A DNA stretch of 64,000 nt from an uncultured Verrucomicrobiae bacterium (GCA_963806855.1 CAWDYW010000003.1:608001-672000), one strand, 5' to 3'; positions 1 to 13,680 are shown, counted from the stretch's first letter. Numbers and translations are program-made. Notes: generated by a model from the sequence alone, not told the origin.

Positions 1-2837
1 GATTTTTGCACGTCCTTGGAAGAGAGAGCGAGGAAGCGATCGCGGAAGTCTTGGCGCATCTGAAGGCTCTTCCCATCGCGCAGCGCAGCATATTCGGCCA
101 TTGCGCGCCCTTCAGGAGCGACGGGAGTATCGAAGTATTGAATGATGCCCAGTTTCGCCTCTTCGAGATCTTGGTTCTCGAAATCGCCGGCGGCCATTTC
201 CCGAATAGAATCGGCAAAGGTCGAGAGGGTGCGGGCGATATGGGGATCCCGGTAGGCGTAGAAATAGAAATTGCCCCATAGGGAGTTATAGCTGGTGCCC
301 GATCCATAGGCTCCACCTTGCTCGCGGATCCGATGGTGAAGAACCTTGTTTTCCAGCAGCAGAGTCGCCGCCTGTAATCCGGGGGCATCAGGATGGGAAT
401 AGTTGATCGTTTTGAATCCTTGCGCCGTAAAGGCAACTGGAGAGGAGATCGTGCGGCCCTGGTTGGGAATCGATTCGAGTTTGGGGTGAAAGTCCCAGTG
501 GGGTGCTTGGCGAGTGGTGAGGTGAGATAAGCCGTAAAATTCCTTTTTGTCCAGTGAGCTCAATTGTTTGGCATCGCAGCTGAGGACAAGATGGGGTTTC
601 CCGGTGCAGAGAATCTTATCTTTGACTAGATGGAGTCTTTCAATCAGCAGCGGGAGCTCGCGATCGAGATTGGGGACCAATTCTTGAATTTGGCTGTAGA
701 ATTTAAATCCGTGCCATAGGTTGTTGATATAGCAGGGGGCGGAGAAGCCAGAGAGGGCCAGTTGAGAAGCGTAGCGCATCGCATTATTGCTGAGCCGATG
801 TTGCAGGCTGCTTCCCATTTTTTTCAGCAGCTCTTCGATCCGCTCCTTCTCATCGAGGCGGGGGCTCGTGATCATCTCGTGCATCAGAGTAAAAAGCTTC
901 TCCGCATTGCGGCCAAGCGCTTTTCCATGGAGCTGCAGACAGGGTCGACATTGGCTCGGATCGGTTGCTTGCACATGGAGTGCTCCTTGAGCGGCGACAC
1001 CTCCGGTGTAGGCGTGTACATACTCGAGATTTTTGGCATAATCGCGCCTACCTACCCCGAGTTCAGACCACAGCCGCATGAAAATCTGGAAATCGAAGAG
1101 CTCGTTTTCGGTTAAGGTGGGCAGATCGAAGATCAGAGTCGAGTAGAGGATATGATTGGTGAAATTGTCGTGGTGGAAAATCTCTAAATTGCCTCGAGAA
1201 AATGTCTGCAGAGGGAAATTGTGTGTTTTCTTCGGCACGTCGAAAAGAGTCACTTTGGGCAGACATTCGAGCTTTTGCCCCTCTTGATGTTCCTGAAATT
1301 TCTCGAGCTTTTTCGTCTGATCTAAAATGTGGGCCACTTGTTTTTCGTTTAAGGCTGCCCGCAATTTTTTTAGTTTTTCCTCTTCTTCCTTGGTCTCTTT
1401 TGAGGAGAGTTCGGGATCTGGAGCAAAGCTGAGCCGGACAAAGTGGGGATTATTGAGAAAATATTTTTCGATTAGCGGCGTAAAGCAATGGGGATCTTGC
1501 GCCTGTTTGGAGATCTCTTCGAAAAGGGAGTGGATCATCAGCGCGTTTTCAGGGGCGCATCCATGTTGCTTAGCAAGGGCTGAACGCATGAAGAGGGTGA
1601 GGCCGAAAGGGGAGTGGTTGCCGCCGATTTCAGTCCGGGCAAATTCGAGTTGATGGATCGACGCTTCGATGAGATGAGGCGGGATGCCCTCTTTGGCGAG
1701 TTGCCTCAAATTTTCAAAAAGAGCCTTTTCGAGCTCATCGGCCACATCTTCTTTGCATCCCCGCAGGACAATCACGAGGGGAACATCGGTCATCTCGTTG
1801 TCTAAGAAACTGTCGGCGTGGATGCAGAGTTTCAGATCGAGCAGCGCTTTTTTGAGCGGCGATGCATCGGTATCCATCAGAACCGAATCGAGAATCGACA
1901 GAGCAAGCACCTCTTTCTGGTCGAGTAGAGGCGCAGTGAGCCAGCCGAAGGCGTGGATATGCTTCGTCTCGATCTCTTCGGTTTCATTGATCGGATAGGC
2001 GCGGCGCCCTTTGACCGGCTTTTTAAATCGCTCTTGATAGCCGATCCCATCAAGAGGAGGCGCAGCCTTGATCCCTTTCAGGGCATTCTCCTGGATGAAA
2101 TCGAGGTGTTTCTGCAGAGGGAGGTTCCCATAGAAGAAAAACAGACAGCGGCTCGGATGATAATAGGTCTCATGAAAATCGATCAGCTGAGCATAAGTTA
2201 AATCGGGGATCTCTTTGGGATCGCCGCCCGAGTTATAGGCATAGGGGAGATTGGGGACGAGCGCCTCCATCATCGCATGCCAGACACGGGAATCGGCCGA
2301 AGAGAGCGACCCCTTCATTTCGTTGTAAACAATTCCTTTGATTTCGAGAGGGCTCTGTGGATTAGTCGGCTCGGCAAATTCTAAACGGTGCCCCTCTTGC
2401 AAGAAGCTGAGCTCCTTCAACTGTGGATGGAAGACCGCATCCAGATAAACCTCGAGTAAATTGTAAAAATCTTTTTCCACTTGCGAGGCCGCAGGATAGC
2501 AGGTGAAATCGCTGCCAGTGAGAGCATTCATGTAGGTGTTTAGACTGCGCCGATTCATCGCGAAGAAAGGGTCTTTCACCGGGAATTTGCGCGAACCGCA
2601 GAGGACAGTGTGCTCGAGAATATGGGGCGCTCCATTCGAGCTGTCTGGAAGCGTTTTAAAGGAGAGGCAGAACACATTTTCAGTGTCGTCATTCTCCAGA
2701 TGCATCACTTGCGCATTGGTCGGAAGATGGATGAGCTCGCGCATCACCATCTGCAATTCGTCGATAACCTTATAGGAGATAAGGGCGAAATCACCGTATC
2801 GCTCGCCCTCTTTTGTGAGAAAGTTGAGTTTGTCCAT
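1..2837 (-). CDS. M16C insulinase-family (presequence protease-like) zinc metalloprotease; 3' end runs off the window
   Basis: Manual translation of the 5' and 3' parts from ATG at 2837 gives MDKLNFL..., the inverted zinc motif HILEH, KDPFF, YMNALT and C-terminal IREQGGAYG and YRDP. Start and window edge are in the same frame. It is absent from the ORF track because the stop lies outside the window. Confidence 0.92.
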   Translation of the reverse strand, partial: MDKLNFLTKEGERYGDFALISYKVIDELQMVMRELIHLPTNAQVMHLENDDTENVFCLSFKTLPDSSNGAPHILEHTVLCGSRKFPVKDPFFAMNRRSLNTYMNALTGSDFTCYPAASQVEKDFYNLLEVYLDAVFHPQLKELSFLQEGHRLEFAEPTNPQSPLEIKGIVYNEMKGSLSSADSRVWHAMMEALVPNLPYAYNSGGDPKEIPDLTYAQLIDFHETYYHPSRCLFFFYGNLPLQKHLDFIQENALKGIKAAPPLDGIGYQERFKKPVKGRRAYPINETEEIETKHIHAFGWLTAPLLDQKEVLALSILDSVLMDTDASPLKKALLDLKLCIHADSFLDNEMTDVPLVIVLRGCKEDVADELEKALFENLRQLAKEGIPPHLIEASIHQLEFARTEIGGNHSPFGLTLFMRSALAKQHGCAPENALMIHSLFEEISKQAQDPHCFTPLIEKYFLNNPHFVRLSFAPDPELSSKETKEEEEKLKKLRAALNEKQVAHILDQTKKLEKFQEHQEGQKLECLPKVTLFDVPKKTHNFPLQTFSRGNLEIFHHDNFTNHILYSTLIFDLPTLTENELFDFQIFMRLWSELGVGRRDYAKNLEYVHAYTGGVAAQGALHVQATDPSQCRPCLQLHGKALGRNAEKLFTLMHEMITSPRLDEKERIEELLKKMGSSLQHRLSNNAMRYASQLALSGFSAPCYINNLWHGFKFYSQIQELVPNLDRELPLLIERLHLVKDKILCTGKPHLVLSCDAKQLSSLDKKEFYGLSHLTTRQAPHWDFHPKLESIPNQGRTISSPVAFTAQGFKTINYSHPDAPGLQAATLLLENKVLHHRIREQGGAYGSGTSYNSLWGNFYFYAYRDPHIARTLSTFADSIREMAAGDFENQDLEEAKLGIIQYFDTPVAPEGRAMAEYAALRDGKSLQMRQDFRDRFLALSSKDVQK

Positions 2838-2894
2838 ACAGAGTATTTTTGATGATTGCATTTTATCTGACAAGCGTTTAAATTTTTCTCCAAT

Positions 2895-3977
2895 ATGCGT
2901 ATCGGACCTATCAGCACACCTCATTTATCCGCAGTTGAATCTCCAGCTTTGCCACCTTGCAAAGTGACACCGACAGATTCTTCAATTGAGAGTTTGAAAT
3001 GTGGTCAAAAAAATAAGGTGCTCATCTATCTGACAAAAACCTATGCTTATATTAAAGAAAAATTGATCGACCTTTATGAGTGGATCCTCTCTTATTTTGT
3101 CACTGCTGAGGAAGAGGACGATGTTGGCTACTATAAACAAGCGGGCACGAGTAAAAAAGAGATCGCCTATAGGATGATCCGTAAAGGCAAAGGGACCGGA
3201 AATGTGATTCGAGTAGGTCTAAAATATTCCGACCTGGACGCAGATCACATCCCAAAAGCAAAAGACAAAACGCGATTTTCCTGACATGATCGATCAGATG
3301 ATGGATGAATGAAGGGATCGATGGGATTTAGGACGAAAAATTAATTGGAGCCCATCAACTATGGACTTGTAAGCTGCTCACCGATGACCCAGCTCAAATA
3401 CAAATTGAAGGTACGAGAGAACCTCGATAAATTCATTCGCGAGGTGATTCAAAAGGCGATGAAGAACCGGTCGTAGCTATCCGGAGTTCGCTAGACAAGC
3501 TCTCTTGCGAGTAGAAAGCATGATGATTCAAGCGATTGTGCTGCAGTTTGCCGAGGATATTGTAGATATGAGCCCTAAAGACCTCCACCAAAAGGTTGCC
3601 GATGCTAAGGGTAAAACATTTCTAGATCAATTTAATGGGGCGCTTTGCCGAGGCAGGATCGCTCAACTCGAAGCGCTATTGAATTATCAATTCGATTTGC
3701 AAGCATTAATCGACAAGCCGTTAATGATAGGCAAGAGGAATTCATTCAGTTGCTCAAAATGATTCCGTCTGAAAGAGGGGCGCCACTTGCTGATGTGTAT
3801 CCATTCGAATTCCAGATCTTGATCGAAGACCTTTTTATATTGATGGAAGCGATAAAAACTAAACTAAATAAAGCGATTGAGAAAAATAAAAAGAAACCGA
3901 TTGAGGAAAGGATTATTCGACCACTCATAGAGATTATTCAACCACTACCTACGATAACCTTTACAAAAAGGATCTAA
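2895..3977 (+). CDS. Hypothetical protein, probably one gene split by indels (track fragments 2895-3284, 3505-3762, 3645-3977)
   Basis: Consecutive same-strand fragments. The last stop overlaps the upp start. Ser/Pro-rich N-terminus, no family motif recognised. Confidence 0.5.
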
Positions 3978-4648
3978 TGACAATGCTACGCGTATTATTG
4001 ACAACCTTGCTCTTTAGCACGGCCATTTTTGCACAACCACAAGCCCTGAACCAATTAATCTACGAAATTCGCAATCCTCGAACTGATGCCGTACACTTTA
4101 GGCAAGCTTTAGAACGAATCGGTGAAAATTTAGCTTATGATGTTTTGGAAGAGCTGGCGACAGAAGAAGTTATAGTCCAAACACTCACAGGAGTCGAGGC
4201 AAAACATTATCTTGTCGATGAGACCCCTGTTTTAGTCACGATTCTCCGAGCCGGGCTTCCACTCAATCAAGGCGTGCAAAAGGTCTTCCCAAATTCTGAA
4301 GTGGGTTTTTTGGCGATGTCGCGAAATGAAGAGACCTTAAAGGCTAAGCTCGATTATGTGGCTTTGCCCGACTTGAAAGGAAAAACAGTCATCATTTCCG
4401 ATACTATGCTCGCGACGGGTGGATCTTTGGTTGATGCGCTTAAAATCATCGAGCAAAGAGGGCCGAAGAAAATTTTTGTGATCACCGCCATTGCCGCAAA
4501 ACCGGGGATTGAGCGGCTTATTAAGCATAACTCCTCTATCAAAATCTTTGCAGCGGCGGTCGATCCCCAGTTAAATGAAAAAGGATTCATCATCCCAGGC
4601 CTTGGTGATGCAGGCGATCGGGCATATGGTAAAAAACATCACAATTGA
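3977..4648 (+). CDS. upp: Uracil phosphoribosyltransferase with N-terminal signal-peptide-like extension
   Basis: ILRAG, DTMLATGGS (PRPP loop), GFIIPGLGDAGDR motifs. Confidence 0.95.
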   Translation: MTMLRVLLTTLLFSTAIFAQPQALNQLIYEIRNPRTDAVHFRQALERIGENLAYDVLEELATEEVIVQTLTGVEAKHYLVDETPVLVTILRAGLPLNQGVQKVFPNSEVGFLAMSRNEETLKAKLDYVALPDLKGKTVIISDTMLATGGSLVDALKIIEQRGPKKIFVITAIAAKPGIERLIKHNSSIKIFAAAVDPQLNEKGFIIPGLGDAGDRAYGKKHHN

Positions 4649-4653
4649 GGGCC

Positions 4654-5346
4654 ATGAAGAAGATTTTCCTATTATTATTGATTTCTACAGTCGCTTTTGG
4701 TTCAGATGTCATTTTGATTGCGATAGCGGGCGGCTCTGGCTCGGGAAAAACGACGATCGCCCAGAAGATTCACGAAGTTTTCGCTGAAGACAGCCTCCTG
4801 ATCTGCCAAGATTTTTACTATAAAGATCTCTCCCACATGCCTATGAAGGATCGAGAGAAATTCAATTTTGACCATCCCGATTCGATCGAGTTCTCCTTGC
4901 TGCGTGAACAGTTGCTAGCCCTTAAAAGAGGGGAGTCGGTTTCTTTGCCCCAATATGATTTTGCAAACCATGTGCGACAAAGCAAGTCTGTAATGGCCTC
5001 ACCTAAAAAGATCATCATTGTGGAAGGACTCCATCTTCTTGCGATGGCTGACCTTCGGGATCTCTTTAGTTTAAAACTCTTTATTGATACTTCTGAAGAT
5101 ATCCGGCTGATCCGCAGAATCTATCGAGATCAAGTGGAGCGAAAAAGGACTGTCCCCAGCATCTTGGAGCAATACCTAGCTACCGTCCGTCCTATGCATC
5201 TGGAATTTGTCGAGCCGAGCAAACAGTTTGCCGACTTGATCATTCCCGAAGGAGGCCAAAACCAACTGGCGCTCGATGTGATCATCGCCAAACTGAAGGT
5301 CGATCTCCAGGGGCCGGCCTATGCACTTTCCACTGTCAAGAAATAG
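4654..5346 (+). CDS. udk: Uridine kinase with N-terminal signal-peptide-like extension
   Basis: IAGGSGSGKTT P-loop, QDFYY, NFDHPDS, IIVEG, RRIYRD, VRPMHLEFVEPSKQFADLIIP. Confidence 0.95.
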   Translation: MKKIFLLLLISTVAFGSDVILIAIAGGSGSGKTTIAQKIHEVFAEDSLLICQDFYYKDLSHMPMKDREKFNFDHPDSIEFSLLREQLLALKRGESVSLPQYDFANHVRQSKSVMASPKKIIIVEGLHLLAMADLRDLFSLKLFIDTSEDIRLIRRIYRDQVERKRTVPSILEQYLATVRPMHLEFVEPSKQFADLIIPEGGQNQLALDVIIAKLKVDLQGPAYALSTVKK

Positions 5347-5380
5347 TCCTTTTTTCGTGCCTGTGTGGGCTCTTATTACT

Positions 5381-5731
5381 CATAAGTTTGGCATAACTTT
5401 TTGAGGTAATATAGACATGTCGGGTGACACAGCACTCCGTGTCCGGTGTCCCCCGCGACCCCTGACTGTTACCCACAACTTTTACTATGGGGAGCACTAG
5501 AAACGCGAAGCGGCTCTGTGTCCTCTGTGCCCTCTGTGGTGATAAATTTTTTTTAATTTTTACCACCCTTTCGCTTCGCTCACTAGAGAGCACAGAGGAC
5601 ACAGAGCCGCTTCGCGTAGGCCTAATTTTCTCTCTATGAAAGATATGGGTAACAGTCAGGGACACCGGACACGGAGTGCTGTGTCACCCGACATGTCTAT
5701 ATTAACCTCAAAAAGCTATGCCAAACTTATG
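5381..5731. repeat. Nested long inverted repeat (outer arms 5381-5475 and 5646-5731; inner arms 5503-5542 and 5580-5617)
   Basis: Arms compared base by base. Outer arms differ by one mismatch, one 1-nt indel and a 10-nt insert (5451-5460). The inner 28-bp core 5503-5530 is a perfect reverse complement of 5590-5617. Confidence 0.95.
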
Positions 5732-5743
5732 CGGTCCCGTTTT

Positions 5744-6809
5744 TTACCAAGTCAGGTTTGAGGATGACTGGTATTCTGTGACACGCGTCTCGAAGAAGTT
5801 TTTCTCTTTTCCAAGGTCGATTGTTTCGCTCATCCAGGGGAATGGATTGCGGGCGTTTGAATAGAGGCTTTGAGCCCGATGCTTTCAAGGCGTCGATCGG
5901 CGATATACTGGACATATTCGCGGAACATCGGGGCGGTGAGGCCTAAAATGCCCCGTGGCAGGCAATCTTGCAGCATACTGGATCTCCAGCTCGACCGCTT
6001 GTTTGAACCCGATCGATGATGTGCTCTTGGAACTCGGGGGTCCACAGATTGGGGATTTTCTTCTTTGATGCCGTTGATCAGATCGATGCCGAAGTTGAGG
6101 TGGATCGTCTCGTCGCGCAGGATGTACTGGAACTGCTCGCCGATTCCTGTCATTTTATTTTGCCGGTGGAAGGAGAGGATCATCACAAATCCGCTATAGA
6201 AGAAGATCCCTTCCATGATGATGTAGTAGCCGATCAGGTTTTCAAGGAACTTCTGGGCGCCTTCGGTTGTGTGAGGTGGTGAAGCCCTCTTTCATGATAT
6301 CTGCAGTCAGTTTCATCTCGAAGTCATCTTTCGCGTGGATCGAGTTGATCTCGTTGTACATGTTGAAGATCTCCCCTTGGTCGAGGGCGAGCGATTCGAC
6401 GATGTAGTGGAAGGTGTGGGTGTGGATCGCCTCTTCAAAAGCTTGGCGGAGCAGATATTGGCGCACTTCGGGGTTGGTCACATGCTTAAAGATCGCAAGG
6501 GCGATGTTGTTGCCAACTAGGCTTTCTGCTGTGCTGAAAAACCCTAAGTTGCGCATGATCACGCGCTTTTCATCTTCGCTCAAGGTATTCGATTTCCAAA
6601 TCTCGATATCTTTGCCCATCGGCACTTCGGTCGGCATCCAATGGTTGGCGCAGCCGTTGAGATAGTGTTCCCAGGCCCATTTGTATTTGAGGGGCATGAG
6701 CTGGTTGACGTCGACCTGGTTGCAGTTGATCAGTCGTTTTTCATCGACTTTTACCCGTTTGTCCTTATGTCCTTTTCGTTCTTGTTTTTGACTCTTCAAA
6801 TGTCAACAT
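5744..6809 (-). CDS. nrdB: Ribonucleotide reductase beta subunit, class Ic type; several frameshifts
   Basis: [47 protein letters not shown], and C-terminus [27 protein letters not shown] spread over several frames. AAGGAG precedes ATG 6809. Confidence 0.93.
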
Positions 6810-6820
6810 GTTTATCTCCT

Positions 6821-10002
<3,182 letters not shown>

Positions 10003-10040
10003 TGGGAGGGCTCCTTAAAACCTTGATTGTTAACGGGCGT

Positions 10041-10087
10041 CTACTACATCTGGTAGTCTTTATATCTATAAACACTATATATAGTAG
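10041..10087. promoter_or_regulatory. Tandem NrdR boxes upstream of nrdA
   Basis: CTACTACATCTGGTAG (10041-10056) and ACACTATATATAGTAG (10072-10087) match the 16-bp NrdR consensus acaCwAtATaTwGtgt. Their starts are 31 bp apart. Confidence 0.85.
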
Positions 10088-10163
10088 CTGAATTCTTTTC
10101 GTCCACAAAATTTTTTTTTCTCTATGGAAAGAATTATATGGCCAAGAGACAGCGGCTTTGGCT

Positions 10164-11006
10164 ATGATGAGCGGCATGAGAAGAATCTATATTGTACCAA
10201 ATCTCATCACCGCTTTTAGCCTCGCTTCGGGCCTCTTTGTCATCTTCAAAACCAACATGATTGAACCGGGGATGGAGACCTACAAATCACTGCTCACCTC
10301 GACACTCATTCTGCTCCTCGCCGCTTTTGCCGACTGGGTCGATGGAGCTGTTGCACGGGCGATGCATGCCGAAAGCGAATTTGGCGTCCTCTTTGATTCG
10401 CTGTCCGATGCCGTCACATTTGGTGTCGCCCCATCGGTCCTCATGCTCAAAAATCTTTCGCTCGAAAGGGGAACGCCCCTCTCCTTTTATGCAATGATCG
10501 GCGCGATGCTTTTTTCCATTTGCGGTATCTTGCGCCTTGTCCGATTCAACGTGCTCCAAGCGCAACTGAAAAAACTGCCGAAACATGCGCAGAAAAAATA
10601 TCGGCACTTCACTGGCTTGCCGATCCCAGCCGCTGCTCTCACCCTCGTGGGCACTAACCTCCTTTTCGCCTATTCCCGTTTTGAAGCGTGGACCAATTGG
10701 AGCGAAGCGACACAAACCCTCATCATCGTCTCTGTCGCCATATTCATCGGATACCTGATGGTCAGCCACATCAAATATCCGAGCGCTAAAATGCTCCATT
10801 TTCGGGTTCCCTCCCTTCAATTAATCCCCTTGGCAGTCTTTGTCGCGTTTTTCCTGATTTACGGCTTCCTCTATTTCTTTCCACTCGCACTCTGCTTGCT
10901 CACCTGGGTCTATATTGTGACCGGCTTAAGCCTGCTCGTCATGCGCATGATTGTCGGAAAGAAATCGAAGATGTTTGTCGACTTTGAGCCAAATCATGAT
11001 GATTGA
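10164..11006 (+). CDS. pssA: CDP-diacylglycerol--serine O-phosphatidyltransferase
   Basis: PNLIT, DWVDGAVAR...FGVLFDSLSDAVTFGVAP CDP-alcohol motif, LRLVRFN, FTGLPIP. Confidence 0.9.
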   Translation: MMSGMRRIYIVPNLITAFSLASGLFVIFKTNMIEPGMETYKSLLTSTLILLLAAFADWVDGAVARAMHAESEFGVLFDSLSDAVTFGVAPSVLMLKNLSLERGTPLSFYAMIGAMLFSICGILRLVRFNVLQAQLKKLPKHAQKKYRHFTGLPIPAAALTLVGTNLLFAYSRFEAWTNWSEATQTLIIVSVAIFIGYLMVSHIKYPSAKMLHFRVPSLQLIPLAVFVAFFLIYGFLYFFPLALCLLTWVYIVTGLSLLVMRMIVGKKSKMFVDFEPNHDD

Positions 11007-12214
11007 ACACATCATCATCATCATTCTCGCCGCCCTCTCCCTCTTCCTCCTTTGGAGAGTGCAAAAATGGAAATTGCAGTGGCACCTCACTCAAGAGAAT
11101 TTGCAGTTTGCCAAAAAGAGCCACGAAGAGGTGAAAGAGGCCTTCGCCGCACTCTCCCACGACGCCCTCGAAAAGAACAACCGAGCCTTCCTCGATCTTG
11201 CCAAAACCAGCTTAGAGAAGTTCCAAGAGAGGGCCAAGCACGACCTCGACAAGCGGGAAAAGTCGATCCACGACCTAGTCAAACCGGTGAAAGAGACCCT
11301 CGGCAAGCTCGACGAAGGGTTAAACAAGCTCGAAAAAGAGCGGAAAGGGGACCACTTCTCCCTCAAGACACAAGTCAATACACTGACAAAAGAAACCAGC
11401 AACCTGGTCAAAGCTCTCAGAACCCCGCTGGCGCGCGGCCGTTGGGGAGAAATCCAGCTGCGCCGAGTCGTCGAAATGGCCGGGATGCTCAACCATTGCG
11501 ACTTCTTCGAGCAAACGACAGCCGACGAGGGTGGCTTTCGATCCCGATCTGATCATCAAACTCGCCGGTGGGCGCCAAGTGATCATCGACGCCAAGGTCC
11601 CCCTTGAATCCTACCTCGACGCCATCCAAACTGAAGACGACCTGGTCCGCGAAGCCAAGTTCAAAGACCACGCCCGCGCCGTCCGCAATCACATCGCCGC
11701 CCTCTCGAAGAAATCGTACCATCAGCACTTCACCCCCACCCCCGAGTTCGTCATCCTCTTCCTCCCTTCCGAGACCTTTTTCAGCGCCGCCCTCGAGCAC
11801 GACCCCTCCCTCATCGAACTAGGCGCCGACCAAGGGGTGATCGTCGCCACCCCGACCACCCTCATCGCCCTCCTCCGAGCCGTCGCCTACGGATGGAAGC
11901 AGGAGAACCTCTCCCGCCATGCAGAGCTAGTGAGCCAGCTCGGCCATGAGCTCTATAAGCGGATCGTCGACATGACCACCCACTTCAGCAAAATGGGCCG
12001 CTCCCTCACGACCGCCGTCGATGCCTATAATAAGGGGATTGGATCGCTCGAGAGTCGGGTCCTGGTGACTGCCCGGAAGTTTAAAGAATTAGGGGCCGCC
12101 TCCAGAGAACTCGAGATCGAAGATCAAGAATTTGTGGAGAAGATCCCAAGGGAGCTTGAAATGGTTAAAGAAGAAAGCCTCTCTGCCATAGAAGACGAGA
12201 GAGGCTCGAGTTAG
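10996..12214 (+). CDS. rmuC: DNA recombination protein RmuC; frameshift near 11540
   Basis: N-terminal TM plus coiled coil, RGRWGEIQL, PDLIIKL...IIDAKVPL, ATPTTLIALLRAVAYGWKQE. Confidence 0.92.
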
Positions 12215-12230
12215 GGGGTAATGGGCGTGA

Positions 12231-12743
12231 TTAGATGGTCACAGGGCGAATATAGCCTGTTAGCACCGCTGCTGTATAAAGAACTACCGCGCCGCATGTT
12301 AACACAGTTGAAGTCGTTGGTAAAACGGACTTGAGCTTAGCAACATTAGTATTGAAAACTGACTTGCGTTGCAGTATCAATTTTTTGAATCGCAATTCCC
12401 ATGTTTGTCATTAAAAACATTTGTATTAAGATGATGACTGCGTCTGATGTGTTTATATTTTTTAGCATTCGATCTTTAAGTGCGTGAGGTTCTTGCTGAT
12501 TTGTGTTAATTGCTCAGAATTTATTCCTTTGAACACATCTGGTATTGCTGTCAGGTCGGCGAGCATTTTTGCGGCAGTCAGGATTTCGTCCGTTCTTTCT
12601 GCAGCTCTGTTGCCGAATAGACTTCCACCGCAACCTCTATTTACGATATACAATCTACCTTTCTCGTCGCCACTTAGATTAAAGTTTTCTGCAAAATTAG
12701 GGTCAGCAAGTTGATTAAAAAATTCAACTGGATTGTGTGACAT
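12231..12743 (-). CDS. Hypothetical protein with C-terminal hydrophobic tail, paralog 1 (two compensating indels)
   Basis: AAGGAG RBS; PNFAENFNL motif shared with paralog 2; ends VLTCGAVVLYTAAVLTGYIRPVTI*. Confidence 0.7.
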
Positions 12744-12928
12744 ACGATTACTCCTTTTTAAATTAAAATTTTAATTACAAGTTACTTAATATGTTAATAA
12801 ACATAATTAATCTTAGTTAAATTATACTAAATTAATTAATTTTATGGAAGCATTATTTTTAATTTAAAAAATAAAGCCTCTCCGCCATAGAAGGCGAGAG
12901 AGGCTCGAGTTAGGGGGAGTGGCTGTTA

Positions 12929-13425
12929 TTAGATGAGCACGGGGGGATATAGCCCTGTTAGCACCGCTGCTGTATAAAGAAGGCCTGCGCCGCATGTTAA
13001 CACAGTTGAAGTCGTTGGTAAAACGGATTTGATCTTGGCAAAATAAGAATTTGCATAATCAGCATTTCGAATCGCAGTTTCCATTTTTGTAGCCACAAAA
13101 GCTAAAGCCATAGCATTAAGTGGTCCACGGTCTTATCTAATGGGTCTACATTTTCTATCATTCTAGCTTGGAGTATCTTCAAGTTCTTGCTAAATTGTGT
13201 TAATTCATTAGAATTTAGTCCTTTGAACACATTTGGCCTTTCTGATATTTCGGCTAGTTTCTTTGCAGCAAGGAGGATCTCGGCCTCTCTTTCTGCAGAG
13301 CTGCCCAATAGGCTTCTACCGCTTTTTCTATTCACGATATCCAATCCGCCCTTGATGTTGCCGTTTAAATTAAAGTTTTCAGCAAAATTAGGTTCGGCAA
13401 TTTTTTTTAAAAAAACACTTGACAT
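12929..13425 (-). CDS. Hypothetical protein with C-terminal hydrophobic tail, paralog 2 (one frameshift near 13105)
   Basis: ORFs 13102-13425 and 12929-13111 together align to paralog 1. Confidence 0.7.
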
Positions 13426-13620
13426 ATGATTACTCCTTTTTAAATTAAAATTTTAATTATAAGTTACTTAATTTATTAGTAATTGTTATTAAGTTTAGTT
13501 AAATTATACTAAATTAATTAATTCTATGGAAGCATTATTTTAATTGTATTCAACTAATTGATATTAAGATTGTTAGTCTAAAGAAATTTGTATAGATAGG
13601 ATGGTTCTGGAATAAAATAT

Positions 13621-13649
13621 TTGACAGTGTGCCATAAAAATGGTACAGT
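13621..13649 (+). promoter_or_regulatory. Sigma70-type promoter of the TA operon with overlapping palindromic operator
   Basis: TTGACA-17bp-TACAGT; imperfect palindrome TGTGCCAT-AAAA-ATGGTACA at 13628-13647. Confidence 0.7.
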
Positions 13650-13680
13650 TGATATTTTCATCTTTAAAGAAGAGAGCTGT

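Larger units (their letters stand above)
12174..13545. repeat. Tandem duplication of a ~690-bp promoter-gene-terminator unit (12174-12864 and 12873-13545)
   Basis: Near-identical hairpins AGCCTCTC-GCCATAGAAG-CGAGAGAGGCT at 12176 and 12875, near-identical AT-rich upstream regions at 12748 and 13429, and homologous ORFs. Confidence 0.9.

Noticed and set aside
6..2852. Many plus-strand ORFs in the track at 6-2852
   Set aside because: They are antisense shadows of the M16 protease on the minus strand.
5336..5665. 109-aa ORF across the nested palindrome
   Set aside because: It is made of repeat sequence and has no protein motif.
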